DNA from: Dehalococcoidia bacterium
GTDB lineage: Bacteria > Chloroflexota > Dehalococcoidia > Lucifugimonadales > CBDBON01
Direction of reading: 5' to 3'
NCBI GenBank assembly: GCA_965198105.1
Contig: OZ240240.1
Span: 2,803,103-2,867,102 of the forward strand
DNA length: 64,000 bases
Under the pieces are notes generated by a model. It saw only the letters and a program-made list of their open reading frames with translations, had not been told where the DNA came from and made no database searches. The position numbers were made by a program, and so were the translations under genes. Positions 29,356 through 38,922 of this stretch are shown here, piece by piece. How positions within the stretch are numbered: position 1 is the first letter of the stretch; each line of letters begins with the position of its first letter.

Positions 29356-30480
29356 CTACGACAACACCTTTATCACACCGGCCCGGGCCTCTTCGATGTC
29401 GATCCCGGCTTCTCTCAGGACCTCCCAGGCTAGGCCGTCTCCAGCGAGAACAATCCCCAGCAGGAGGTGCGCCGTATTCGCCGGCCCATGAGAGAGCAGG
29501 TCGGACTCCGCTCTCGCCAGGCTCAGCACACGATGCCCTGCCTCGCTAAGCTCCACTGGCGCCTCGTGACGCTTCCCAGACTGATCCTTCAGGCTCGACC
29601 GCATAGTCTGCAGGTCCGCGCCGAGGTGTGAGAGGGCCCTAGCCCCTACGCATCCGGCCTCACCTATCAGCGCGAGGAGCATATCCTCCGGCTCCACCGT
29701 TGCGCGTCCCAGGCGCCTCGCCTCCACAACGGCCTGTGTCAACAGGCTCTTGGTATCGTCCGAAAGTGTGTCGTCCTGCCTGGGAATGGAGAAAGCCGGC
29801 TCTCCCGTTTCGGGGTCCAGATCCACTCCGGCCCGTTCAAGTACGTTCTCATCTGCAAATATGGGCGCGCCGCAGCGGACGGCCAGCGCGATGGCATCGC
29901 TTGGCCTCGAGTCGCGCTCAATGGTAGTGCCGTTTCGCTGCAGCACGACTCTCGCCAGGAAGGTGTCTTCCCTCAGATCACTCACGATGACCTGCACTAC
30001 CTTCGCCCCCAGGTCACTGATCATCACGTCCATCAGGTCGTGCGTCATCGGGCGGGGCAACTCCCTGTCCTCGAGCTTCAGGGCGATGGAGTCGGCCTCG
30101 GCCGAGCCAATCCAGATCGGCAGACACCTCTTCACCCCCTTCGCCTTGAGGAGGACGACACGCTGGTTGCTGGCGGGGTTCGCCACTATCCGGTCGACGG
30201 TCACCTCAATCATCTGAATACTCTCCTTTCGTTCGATGTGTGTCCGCAGAAGCGACCAGCCCGCGAATCCATACTCAGCGGCGATAACTCTTTGAGCGTC
30301 GCGGAGAGATAGGGGCGGTTTTGCAGCCTGGTCGGTAGATACGGCGGACAGTTGGGGTAGCGCCTCCCGAAAACGCACCAGGGCCTCAGGATGTCCGGCT
30401 CGGTATGTCTTCAGGAGATCCTTGGCCTGGTTCTTGAGATGCTCAAGATTCGGCCGCGTGGGCAGTCGGCGGGTGGGCAT
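29356..30480 (-). CDS. Bifunctional nuclease (DUF151-type) fused to an N-terminal helical domain and a C-terminal Clp-N repeat
   Basis: LPIWIG..EA..I, RP.THDL, DSRPSDAIALA; N-term LP.RPNLEHLK.QAK...DAQ..IA.EYGF..W; C-term EARRLG...VEPED.LLAL; AAGGAG RBS. Confidence 0.85.
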   Translation of the reverse strand: MPTRRLPTRPNLEHLKNQAKDLLKTYRAGHPEALVRFREALPQLSAVSTDQAAKPPLSLRDAQRVIAAEYGFAGWSLLRTHIERKESIQMIEVTVDRIVANPASNQRVVLLKAKGVKRCLPIWIGSAEADSIALKLEDRELPRPMTHDLMDVMISDLGAKVVQVIVSDLREDTFLARVVLQRNGTTIERDSRPSDAIALAVRCGAPIFADENVLERAGVDLDPETGEPAFSIPRQDDTLSDDTKSLLTQAVVEARRLGRATVEPEDMLLALIGEAGCVGARALSHLGADLQTMRSSLKDQSGKRHEAPVELSEAGHRVLSLARAESDLLSHGPANTAHLLLGIVLAGDGLAWEVLREAGIDIEEARAGVIKVLS

Positions 30481-30699
30481 AGGCACTCCTTTCCGAGCGC
30501 CTGGCGTCCGCGTGGTCAGGCAGAAAAGAGTGTTCGCTATGTCGCAATGTGGAGAGGTAGGCTCAGCCCTTGCGCGGACTCGGAGGCTTCCCCCGAAGCA
30601 CAATTCCCATCATAGCGAGCGCGTCAACAGTCGTCAATGGGTTCCGTTTACCGGTTGCGTTTCCTTGGTATTGATGGGCCTAGGCAAATCGACCCGTCC

Positions 30700-30743
30700 G
30701 GTCTGTCCCTGAAGGCCTCTGTCATCTGGACAACTCGTGTAGG
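30700..30743. repeat. ~45-bp imperfect direct repeat, copy 2
   Basis: See 2179-2224. Confidence 0.75.
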
Positions 30744-30752
30744 TTCCGTTAC

Positions 30753-31538
30753 TCATGGGGTTTCCCAGTAATCCTCCGGCAGCAGCTCCCCTTCCTCTGG
30801 GGTCAAGACGGGGTACTGTTCGTTGTAGCCGAAAAACGTAACTCTGATCAGTTCGTGACCGCTGGGGTCCATCACGAAGAACTCCTGTAGCAGATACTCA
30901 GTGTTGTAGGCAGCCGTTGTCGACCCCCACGAGTCTTCAACTTTCCAGACGTATCCCCCTTGAACTGGCTTTAGGTCTTCAAGGCTAGGCGCAGCCGCGA
31001 ACGAGTGGGCCACAAGAACCGCTGAGAGGATGTCTCCCAGCGGCCCTGCATCTGAGTTTTCAGGGATAAAGTACCACTGGTCTTCTTGGACGTCTCTCAA
31101 ATACACAGCGAAGCTGTTGAAGAGCAGAATCTCGATAGACCTGTCCACAGGTCGGCTCAAGTCTATCTGCATAAATATCTGGCTGTCCCCGTTGGTAGTC
31201 AGCCATCCCGTCAAGGACGCCGAGACTGGCCCATCGCTCTCGGTGAACAGATCGCTTATGTCAAGATTAGCGGTGTATGCAATGCTCTTGACGTCCTTGA
31301 TGGCGACAACTACTTCGCTCGGAGGCGTGGGCGTCGGCAACGGGGGCGGGGTCGGAGTAGCCGTTGGCTCCAGCGTGGGAGTGATGGTTGGTAACGGGAC
31401 CGGAGTAGGTGTTGGGGACGACAAGGACCGGATTACGGGCGTGCCATGAGTCTCTTGAGGGTCGCTGTTCGTCCACCAGCAGGCGGAAGTGCCCGCGACG
31501 AAGACGAGCAGAACACAGATGGACGTACAATTCATCAT
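30753..31538 (-). CDS. Putative lipoprotein with Pro/Thr linker
   Basis: Hydrophobic signal ending TSAC, PTPTP-rich stretch, then a beta-rich domain. Confidence 0.7.
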   Translation of the reverse strand: MMNCTSICVLLVFVAGTSACWWTNSDPQETHGTPVIRSLSSPTPTPVPLPTITPTLEPTATPTPPPLPTPTPPSEVVVAIKDVKSIAYTANLDISDLFTESDGPVSASLTGWLTTNGDSQIFMQIDLSRPVDRSIEILLFNSFAVYLRDVQEDQWYFIPENSDAGPLGDILSAVLVAHSFAAAPSLEDLKPVQGGYVWKVEDSWGSTTAAYNTEYLLQEFFVMDPSGHELIRVTFFGYNEQYPVLTPEEGELLPEDYWETP

Positions 31539-31690
31539 CGCCCTTCATCTCTCCACAGATGCCCATCAATACGAAGGAAACGCAACCCGTTTACCCCAAA
31601 TCCACCGGCTAACGTGTGTTTGAGTTGTTCTGTCATCGCCGGTGTAAGAATGACCCATTAGCGCCGATATGGGATTGACCCACCCCTTAG

Positions 31691-33401
31691 CCCGAATCCA
31701 CCGAAGGAGTGGGGATTGATGGTGTACTGAAAGCGTGAAAGGGTGCTCCTCTGAATCTGGGATAATGGTTTTTGATGACAAAACCGACCCCAGAGAAGGA
31801 GCACCTTTTGGATGCTACCACTTAAGTCTCCTGATCGCATCCATGTCGCCTTCGACGATCACCGCCTGGTGGCCAATGCCGGACTGATGCTGCCCGTCAC
31901 CCTGGCCCGGCGTCTGGGTCTGGGTGAACTGGTCAACCGACACCTGGACTTGGGCGACGCTTCGGGGCGGGCCAACACTGGCGACAAGCTCCTGACCCTG
32001 GTGGCCTCCGCCCTGGCCGGCGGCGACTGTATCGACGACGCCGACGCGTGTGCGTTCCGGCAGTACCGGGCGGGTGCTGGGCTGTGTGGTCAAGGCGCCG
32101 TCCACTCTGGGCACCTTCCTGCGCAGCTTCCGGTGGGGACACGTGCGGCAGCTGGACCGGGTGAGCCGGGAACTGTTGGCCCGGGCCTGGGCCGCCGGGG
32201 CCGGTCCCGGCGACGGGTCCTTGACCATCGACCTGGACTCCACCATCTGCGAGACCTACGGCTTGGACAAGGAGGGGGCCCGCCGCCACGGCTACACCGG
32301 CCAGCGGGGCTATCACCCGCTCCTCGCCGTGGCCGCCGGCACCGGCGAGGTGCTGATGGCCAGGCTGCGTGAGGGCCGGGCCAACACCGCCCGGGGCGCG
32401 GACCACTTCCTGCGGGAGACCCTGGGCCGGGTGCGCTACGCCGGGGCCACCGGACAGCTCACGGTGCGGGCCGACAGCGGCTTCTACACCCACGCCATCG
32501 TCGCCGTCTGCCGCAAGATGAAGGTCCGCTTCTCCATCACCGTCCGCCAGCACGTCCGGTTGCGCCAGCTCATCGAGGCCATACCCGAGTCGGACTGGAG
32601 GTCCATCCCTTACTGGATGGAAGGCGCCGCCGATGTGGCCGAGATTGAATACACGCCATTCCAGAATCAGGCCGACGCCGCGCCGGTGCGGCTCATCGTC
32701 CGCCGGGTGAGGCCCACCCCCGGTTCTCAACTGGCCCTGTTCGCCAAATACAGCTATCACGCCTGCATCACCGACCGGCAGGGAGACATCCTGGAACTGG
32801 AGGCCGACCATCGCCGCCACGCCGAGATCGAGAACGCCATCCGGGACCTGAAGTATGGTGTCGGCCTCAACCATCTCCCCTCGGGACGCTTCGCCGCCAA
32901 CGGGGCCTGGCTGGCGATACAGGCGATGGCTCACAACCTCTCTCGCTGGACCGCGGGCATCGCTCTGGGAGAGACGATGGCAACCACCAAGACCCTGCGC
33001 CGGCGCTTCTTCTCCCTGGCCGGACGCATTACCCGCAAGGCCCGACGCCTCACCCTGCATCTGCCCCAAGGCTGGCCCTGGGAAAACCAGTTCAACAGCG
33101 CCCTGGCCCGATTGCGTGCCCTGCCACTCCCCTCCTGACGACGCTATGGGTCTCTGACCCTTCCAGCAGACCACCCAACCGTCTGGCGTATACCCGCCGG
33201 ATCGGCCTTCTGTGTCTCTCGCTGCTCTTTGCCCTGCTCTCCTCGCCCTTCGCCGCCACCTCGGCCCGCCAACATCCCCCTCAGTGGCCGTCAAACCCCG
33301 CACTTGCACAAATCCATCGGCATCAACACCCAACAGCCCTGACCCCTCGCCTCTCATCCCTAATCTGACCGGCCATCCCGCATCCCTTCGGTGGATTCGG
33401 G
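31691..33401 (+). mobile_element. IS1380-family element
   Basis: Terminal IRs CCCGAATCCACCGAAGG / CCTTCGGTGGATTCGGG. Confidence 0.9.
31812..33138 (+). pseudogene. IS1380 transposase, frameshift near 32050
   Basis: IDLDST, GYHPLLA, VRADSGF, HAEIENAIRDLK, LPSGRFAANGAW motifs split over two frames. Confidence 0.85.
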
Positions 33402-34060
33402 CTAAGCCGCAGTTGGTTGTGCGAGTATCGTCTCCGGCAGAGCTTCGTCAGGCACGTGGGGTGCAGGCGTAAGGTATCGACGTCCGACCGCCCACTCATC
33501 GTGCTGTTCGGCGAGCACGGCGCCCACCAGGCGACGCGCGGCCGGCCTGTTCGGAAAGATGCCGACCACATCGGTCCGGCGTCTTATCTCCTTGTTGAGC
33601 CGTTCCAGCGGGTTGTTCGACCAGACCTGCTTCCAGTGTGCGACCGGGAAGGCAGTGAAGGCCAGGATGTCGGGACCGGCCTCAGACAGCACCGAGGCAG
33701 CCTGGGGGAACCGGTTCTCGAGCTGGTCGATCACCCTGTCGAGTTGGGCATGCACCTCCTCGGGGGAAGGCTGCTGGTAGACGATGCGGACCATGGTCGC
33801 CACCCAGGGCTGGGCCCGCCTGGGCACCCTGGTCAGCAGATTGGTCATGAAGTGGGTCCGGCATCGCTGCCAGCTCGCACCGCCGAAGACCGTGGCGATC
33901 GCATCCCTGAGCCCACGGTGAGCGTCGGAGGTCACCAACTCGACTCCACTCAGTCCACGTTCTGCCACAGAGCGCAGGAACGCCAACCAGAAGGCTCCGT
34001 CCTCACTGGTGCCCACCTCCATGCCGACGATCTCCCGCCTGCCATCGGCGTTGACAGCCG
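33402..34060 (-). pseudogene. IS256-family transposase, C-terminal half only
   Basis: VTSDAH.GL, WQRCRTHF, SNNPLERLNKEIRRRT, IFPN motifs. Confidence 0.9.
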
Positions 34061-34424
34061 TTCACACGCAAGTCCGTTCTCAATGTTTCCATCCTCCATG
34101 GGCGGTGTATCTCCTCTCTCGGGCCTCCAAGCCCGTCATGTTCAGAGAGAGGGTACACCGCCTGATCGTTTACACACTTTTTGAGGGTACCTCGCCCCTG
34201 GATTTTGAACATCTAGCGTCCTGAGTCAGAGATGGACTAGAATGCCGGATTTGCAAGGTTTAGGCCGATACAGAACCTTGATGTCTGACAGACAAGCATG
34301 TAGAGTTAGACAAGCAAGCATCGCTGCGTGGTGGAATCCGACGCCCTGCCTAGCGCAAAGTCGGGATCGGCTTCGTCAGCACTTCGTGTCTGGCAGACCG
34401 GCACGAACCGCGCAACTCGCCTCG

Positions 34425-34473
34425 CTGTCTTCCAAGCAGGCTGTCGCCGGTTCGAATCCGGTCTCCCGCTCCA
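34425..34473 (+). tRNA. 3' fragment of tRNA-Gly(TCC), probable att site; not an intact tRNA
   Basis: CTGT-CTTCCAA-GCAG anticodon arm, GCCGG-TTCGAAT-CCGG T arm, TCTCCCGC-TCCA end; no complementary 5' acceptor strand upstream. Confidence 0.8.
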
Positions 34474-34519
34474 CCCACTCCATCTTCACAGGCGCGGAAT
34501 CAATCAGAACCGGCGGCTG

Positions 34520-34636
34520 GCCGACCTGACCGACGAGCTCGTCGAACGCAGCTTGTCGGTCAACCCCAAGGGCGCGCTGTTCATGGCGAAGCACGCCTCC
34601 ATGGCCATGGCGAAGTCCGGCACGCCGCTCCACTAG
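34520..34636 (+). pseudogene. Short-chain dehydrogenase fragment
   Basis: DELVERSLSVNPKGALFMAKHA resembles the SDR alpha-4 N..G segment. Confidence 0.4.
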
Positions 34637-34668
34637 TCAGTCGTAGGAGCGGCGTGCCGGAGAGGAGA

Positions 34669-36696
34669 CTACGGACTGTAGCCCGACGGCTTGGACGGAG
34701 GCGCCTTCGCTTCGACGCTTCGGACCATGTGGTCGAGCAGGAAGTAGAAGTCGTGATAGGCGTCCAGGTGGTACAGGTACCCGTCCAGGTCCGCCATGAG
34801 CGCCTTTAGATCGGCCAGCTCGCCCAGAAGGTAGGAGTAGTCCTCCGAACCGACGTGCGGCAGTGCGCCGTACCGGTCCGCAGCAAGCCCGACTATCGCG
34901 GCCAGCCGGAAGAGCGGGTCCCCCACGCCGAAACGGCTGTCCGGCCTGCCCGATACGACCGCCCGCTGACCCCGGGACTGCCCGGTGTCCGGCATGACCC
35001 ATCTGAGCTCGACACTGCCCAGCTCCACCTCGTCCACGCCGCCTCTCAGCGCCTGGTCGTGCAGCTCCAGCTCGTAGAAGACCGTGGTGGCCGCTCCCGA
35101 GTGTATCTCGGCGAACTCCTTCCGGTCCTCGACGAACGTCTGGTCCGGGGTGACCCTGTTCTCGTATCCGACGATCCGCCACGATCTCACGATGCGCGGG
35201 TCCCAGGTCACCTGCGCCCGCGTCTGATCTGCGAACGGAGTGGACAGGGCGACCCAGTTGTCCCGGCTGAAGGTCGCTCTCGCCTGGTCGACGGTGCTCA
35301 GATACCGGTACCAGCCGTTGCCGTGCTGGGCAAGCTGCTCCAGCAGGTAGTCGTTATAGTTCTCGATGCCGACCCCGACGGTGATGAGCCGCAACGGATT
35401 TCCACTGTCGCGGTCGTAGGCGGACTCGAGAATGCCGAAGGGGCTGGTCGCGTCCACGTTGGCTACGCCGTCCGACATCAGGACGATGTAGTTGTAGACC
35501 TCCGGACGCTCTCGGCGGACCCGGTCGGCAAGGCTCACGCCCAGGTCCAGCCCGGCCTGCACATTGGTGCTGTTGTTGGGAGTGAGGCTGCCGATCGACC
35601 ACTCGACCGACGGGTCGTCCGGGTCCGTATGCTCGACCGTCAGATGCTCGATCACGTCGGTGGTGAAGTGCACGACCGCGATCCTGTCCTGGGCGCGCAG
35701 GCTCCGCCTGATCGCCTCCGCCGCGGCTCGGGCAATAGCCACCCGATCACCCCCCGCCATCGATCCCGACGCGTCCAGCACGAGAGTCACGTTCAACGGT
35801 GTGTCGTCGGCGACCAGCGGGGCCTGGAACGCGATCCGCGCTAGATGCTTCCGACTGTCCAGCGGATGGCCCGAAACGTCGCTGGTGATCGCGAACCCCC
35901 AGTCGTCCGACGGCTGCTCGTAGCCGTAGTCGAAGGCGTTGACCCACTCCTCCGCTCTGACCGAGTCGGGCTCCACCTCGTACCCCGAGCGCGCCCAGTT
36001 GAGCGCCAGGTAGTAAGACGTGCGGTCGGTGTCGAGACTGAAGGTCGAGACGGCGTCCTCCGACGTGGAGACCGCCGGCTGGCGTCCGAAGTCCCTGAAG
36101 GTAGTGGCCCCGGGGGCAGCGCGTGTAGAACTCCACGGTGCCGGACCCGGGGTGGGTGCTGCCATTGGCGGAGCCGATCGAACCGGAGGTGCCTGGGGAA
36201 CCGCCGTCGGCGCGGGCGCGGCGGACTGTGCCACCGGCGCTGGAGCCGCCCTGGGAGCCATCATTATGCCGTAGGTTTGTGCCGTCGGCGCCGGGGCCGC
36301 GGGCATGGCCGTTGCGGCGGGGATTGGAGTCGCCGCAAGCTCCGGCTGTGCCTGCGCGACGGCCAGCGGCTCAGTGGTAGGCGCCGCCACCGGAGGCAGC
36401 GGCTCGGCGTCATCTCCCAGGATGGCGACGGCCGGGTCGCCATCGGCGCCCCGGCCCATCGCAAAGACGACTACCAAGACAACCGCGGCCGACGCCACCG
36501 CAGTCCCGGCGGCTGCCGTCAACACCCTCCACATCCCCGCCGTCCCTCCGCCAAACCACCCGGGCCGAGGCTGCCCCAGACGGCGCTCCAGTCGGACCCA
36601 CGTATCCGCCGGGGCCCGAAGACGGCCGGACTCCGCGGCAAAATAGTCTCGAAGCGTGCGTTCCATCTCATGGTCGAGCGAATCGTTACTGCCCAT
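34669..36696 (-). CDS. Membrane-anchored YfbK-like vWA protein with anti-sigma-like N-terminus
   Basis: N-term helical region, one TM, Ala/Pro linker, STFSLDTD..SY, MIDAS LVLDASGSM, LMSDG; overlaps the ECF stop. Confidence 0.85.
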   Translation of the reverse strand: MGSNDSLDHEMERTLRDYFAAESGRLRAPADTWVRLERRLGQPRPGWFGGGTAGMWRVLTAAAGTAVASAAVVLVVVFAMGRGADGDPAVAILGDDAEPLPPVAAPTTEPLAVAQAQPELAATPIPAATAMPAAPAPTAQTYGIMMAPRAAPAPVAQSAAPAPTAVPQAPPVRSAPPMAAPTPGPAPWSSTRAAPGATTFRDFGRQPAVSTSEDAVSTFSLDTDRTSYYLALNWARSGYEVEPDSVRAEEWVNAFDYGYEQPSDDWGFAITSDVSGHPLDSRKHLARIAFQAPLVADDTPLNVTLVLDASGSMAGGDRVAIARAAAEAIRRSLRAQDRIAVVHFTTDVIEHLTVEHTDPDDPSVEWSIGSLTPNNSTNVQAGLDLGVSLADRVRRERPEVYNYIVLMSDGVANVDATSPFGILESAYDRDSGNPLRLITVGVGIENYNDYLLEQLAQHGNGWYRYLSTVDQARATFSRDNWVALSTPFADQTRAQVTWDPRIVRSWRIVGYENRVTPDQTFVEDRKEFAEIHSGAATTVFYELELHDQALRGGVDEVELGSVELRWVMPDTGQSRGQRAVVSGRPDSRFGVGDPLFRLAAIVGLAADRYGALPHVGSEDYSYLLGELADLKALMADLDGYLYHLDAYHDFYFLLDHMVRSVEAKAPPSKPSGYSP

Positions 36697-37240
36697 CACC
36701 ACCCCTCCTCTCGCAAGACTCAGCCAGCTCTTCCCGCAGACGGCCAAGCGCCCGGTGAAGCCGGGACTTGACGGTCCCCTCCCTCACCCCGACCGATAGG
36801 GCTACCTCCCGCACCGTCATGTCCGCAAAGTAGCGCATGACCACCACCTGTCGGTACTCCGGGCTGAGACGGCGCAGCGCGCCGCGCACAATCTCGTGTC
36901 TCGTACTGGCCATCACCGACTCGACGACGTCGGAGGGGTCTTTCGTCTGTTCCGCCTCCTTGAGTGGCGCGGTCGAAGGGGACCTCCTCCTCCGGTGGGA
37001 GACGACCCCGTTGACGAGGACGCGAACGACCCACGGCTTGAACGGACGGCCTCGCTGGAACCTGCGGATGCCCCGCCAGGCCGACAGGAAGGCCTCCTGC
37101 ACGAGGTCCTCTGCTACGGCCCTGTCGCCGGTCATCAGGAACGCCGTACCGTAGAGCGTGTCCTTGTACCGTTCCACCAGGTGCCGGAAGGCGTCGCGGT
37201 CGCCGTCTTGGCACAGTCGTATGGCCTGCTCGTCGGTCAT
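36686..37240 (-). CDS. ECF sigma factor
   Basis: AF..LVERY, AEDLVQEAFL.AW, F..W (region 2); EVA..VGV.EGTVKSRLHRA (region 4). Confidence 0.95.
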   Translation of the reverse strand: MTDEQAIRLCQDGDRDAFRHLVERYKDTLYGTAFLMTGDRAVAEDLVQEAFLSAWRGIRRFQRGRPFKPWVVRVLVNGVVSHRRRRSPSTAPLKEAEQTKDPSDVVESVMASTRHEIVRGALRRLSPEYRQVVVMRYFADMTVREVALSVGVREGTVKSRLHRALGRLREELAESCERRGGDGQ

Positions 37241-37290
37241 CTGCTGCCCTCTCCCCGGCTCAAGTCCGTAAGCGGCCCTTCAATGAATAG

Positions 37291-37316
37291 TACGCTTCCG
37301 GCGCCCGATTCGTTCC
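37291..37316 (-). promoter_or_regulatory. Candidate autoregulatory ECF promoter
   Basis: GGAAC-N17-CGTA, ~50 bp upstream of the ECF start. Confidence 0.5.
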
Positions 37317-37470
37317 ACGCAGGTATGGAGAGGACAAGGCGGCAGACTGGAGGGGCGACCGACGGACCCTAAGATCCGGACTGAGGGACGTGAGAGGGAC
37401 GAGCCCGGATCGAAACGGATGGTGAGCTCAGACGTCCGTCATCGGTGCGGAGTCTACGCCGCTCGCGTGC

Positions 37471-37790
37471 CTATCCGCCCTTGTTGCGGATGATCGCCTC
37501 GGTAAGGGGACTCGGCGACGGCCTAATGCGGACGTTTACGACAGCGGGCCGGTTGGAGTCGAGGGACCGGCGCAATGCCGGTGTCAGCCCGGCCTCATCT
37601 TCGACGTGCTCCGAGTGTGCGCCAAGCGCCTCTCCGATCCTGTCGTAGCGGCTGGGAAGCAGCTCGGTCGCGACCACTCGGCCGTAGAGCTGGTCCTGCT
37701 GGTGGTAGTCGATGCCCCAGATGGAGTCGGTGCCGACTACGATCAGGACGGGCAGCTCAACTGCTGGGCAAGAGCCCCGTCGTGAACCGC
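37471..37790 (-). pseudogene. C-terminal fragment of a thiamine-diphosphate enzyme (acetolactate synthase-like)
   Basis: LIVVG.D..WG, RYD.I.EALGA, L..AL..S....RPAVVNV. Confidence 0.7.
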
Positions 37791-37922
37791 CAGGGAGACG
37801 TGGTCTACTTCTGGGAGGAGGGCAGCGGCCCTGCTCCGCGCCGGCGAGGTCGGCGCAGAAAGACAACCGCCGAAACCGAATAGTATCGGGGTCGAAGAGA
37901 TACTGGCTCTGCCTCCGGCACC

Positions 37923-38005
37923 GCGGTTCCGTTTGCTTGCGGAGTACGTCGCTTGAAAGTCCCTATGACTATTGGGGGCGATACACCCAAAGGAAACGGA
38001 ACCCC
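37923..38005. mobile_element. 83-bp MITE-like element, copy 1
   Basis: Ends (G)CGGTTCCGTTT...AAACGGAACCCC; near-identical to 38840-38922. Confidence 0.7.
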
Positions 38006-38219
38006 ATCAGGGAAGGTGAAGGCAGGCGGCTCAGCCCCCGCGACCATCACGCCCAGGGCAAACAGAAGGCCGACCACGACGGCGAGCGAAAACCGAACAG
38101 ACGTGCGGAGTGAGGGCCGGATGCCTGAAACCGGGCTAGCCCCCTTAGCTTTTGAAGGAGACTTACCCTTATATAAAATAATATATTCACGGCGTTCAGT
38201 TTTTTTAAACACTAGATCC

Positions 38220-38489
38220 TCACCCCTCGGAGCCCTCTGTCGGCCTCTGTGTTGGCCGGAACTGGGCCAGTAGCTTTTCCCGCCTCACGCGGTACTGGGA
38301 GTTGACCAGATCGAGCATCTTGAAGACCTCTAGGGTCTCTTTGTCCTCCCCAACCCAACCGTACTGACGGGCGACGTTCGTGACCGCTTTCCACTTGATG
38401 GTGGTGACCTCCTCGAACTTATATCCCGCGTTCAGGGCTTTGGCGATCGCCGAGAACAGCCGCATCACCTTCGCGTGCTGCTCATCCAT
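38220..38489 (-). CDS. Hypothetical 89-aa protein (frameshifted homolog at ~41313-41578)
   Basis: VMRLF.A.AK.LNAGYKFEE...VARQYGWVG.DKE.L.V.KMLDL shared between the two copies. Confidence 0.55.
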   Translation of the reverse strand: MDEQHAKVMRLFSAIAKALNAGYKFEEVTTIKWKAVTNVARQYGWVGEDKETLEVFKMLDLVNSQYRVRREKLLAQFRPTQRPTEGSEG

Positions 38490-38839
38490 TTGGGCCTGCT
38501 GCTTTTCCTCCGGCGACGCAAAAGTTTTTGCCCTTCCTTGATCTCGGCGGCGGACGTCATGATGCCGGCCAGGATGTTGAGTTTTTCAAAGCTGTCCATC
38601 AGTTGAGCAGCCTGGTAAATCATCAGGGGAGGGAGAGGACTCAGCTCGCGCCGGCGCGGCTTGCCCCATCTGGCGGGGCACGTCGTACTCATCCCCCAGC
38701 CTGCCGTGTGAACGGCGGAGTAATAATGGGCCGTGCCGGCGGGGACGAGTGCTGATCAGGGGTGTCGATGTCCAGCGATTCTGTCAGGCGAGTTGTTCAG
38801 GGAAAAGCAACTGTCTTGAAAGTCAAGTGGGAAGCCTGG

Positions 38840-38922
38840 GGGGTTCCGTTTGCTTGCGGAGTATGTCGCTTGAAAGTCCTATGACTATTGGGGAGCGATA
38901 CACCCAAAGGAAACGGAACCCC
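38840..38922. mobile_element. 83-bp MITE-like element, copy 2
   Basis: GGGGTTCCGTTT...AAACGGAACCCC; 25-bp IR with 4 mismatches; flanks CCTGG/CGTGG. Confidence 0.75.

Larger units (their letters stand above)
30653..31587. mobile_element. Putative non-autonomous cassette bounded by 27-bp inverted repeats
   Basis: 30653-30679 GGTTGCGTTTCCTTGGTATTGATGGGC vs reverse complement of 31561-31587 (26/27 match). Confidence 0.6.

Noticed and set aside
34390-34473. Intact tRNA-Gly gene
   Set aside because: The 5' acceptor strand and D arm are absent; it is reported as a fragment.
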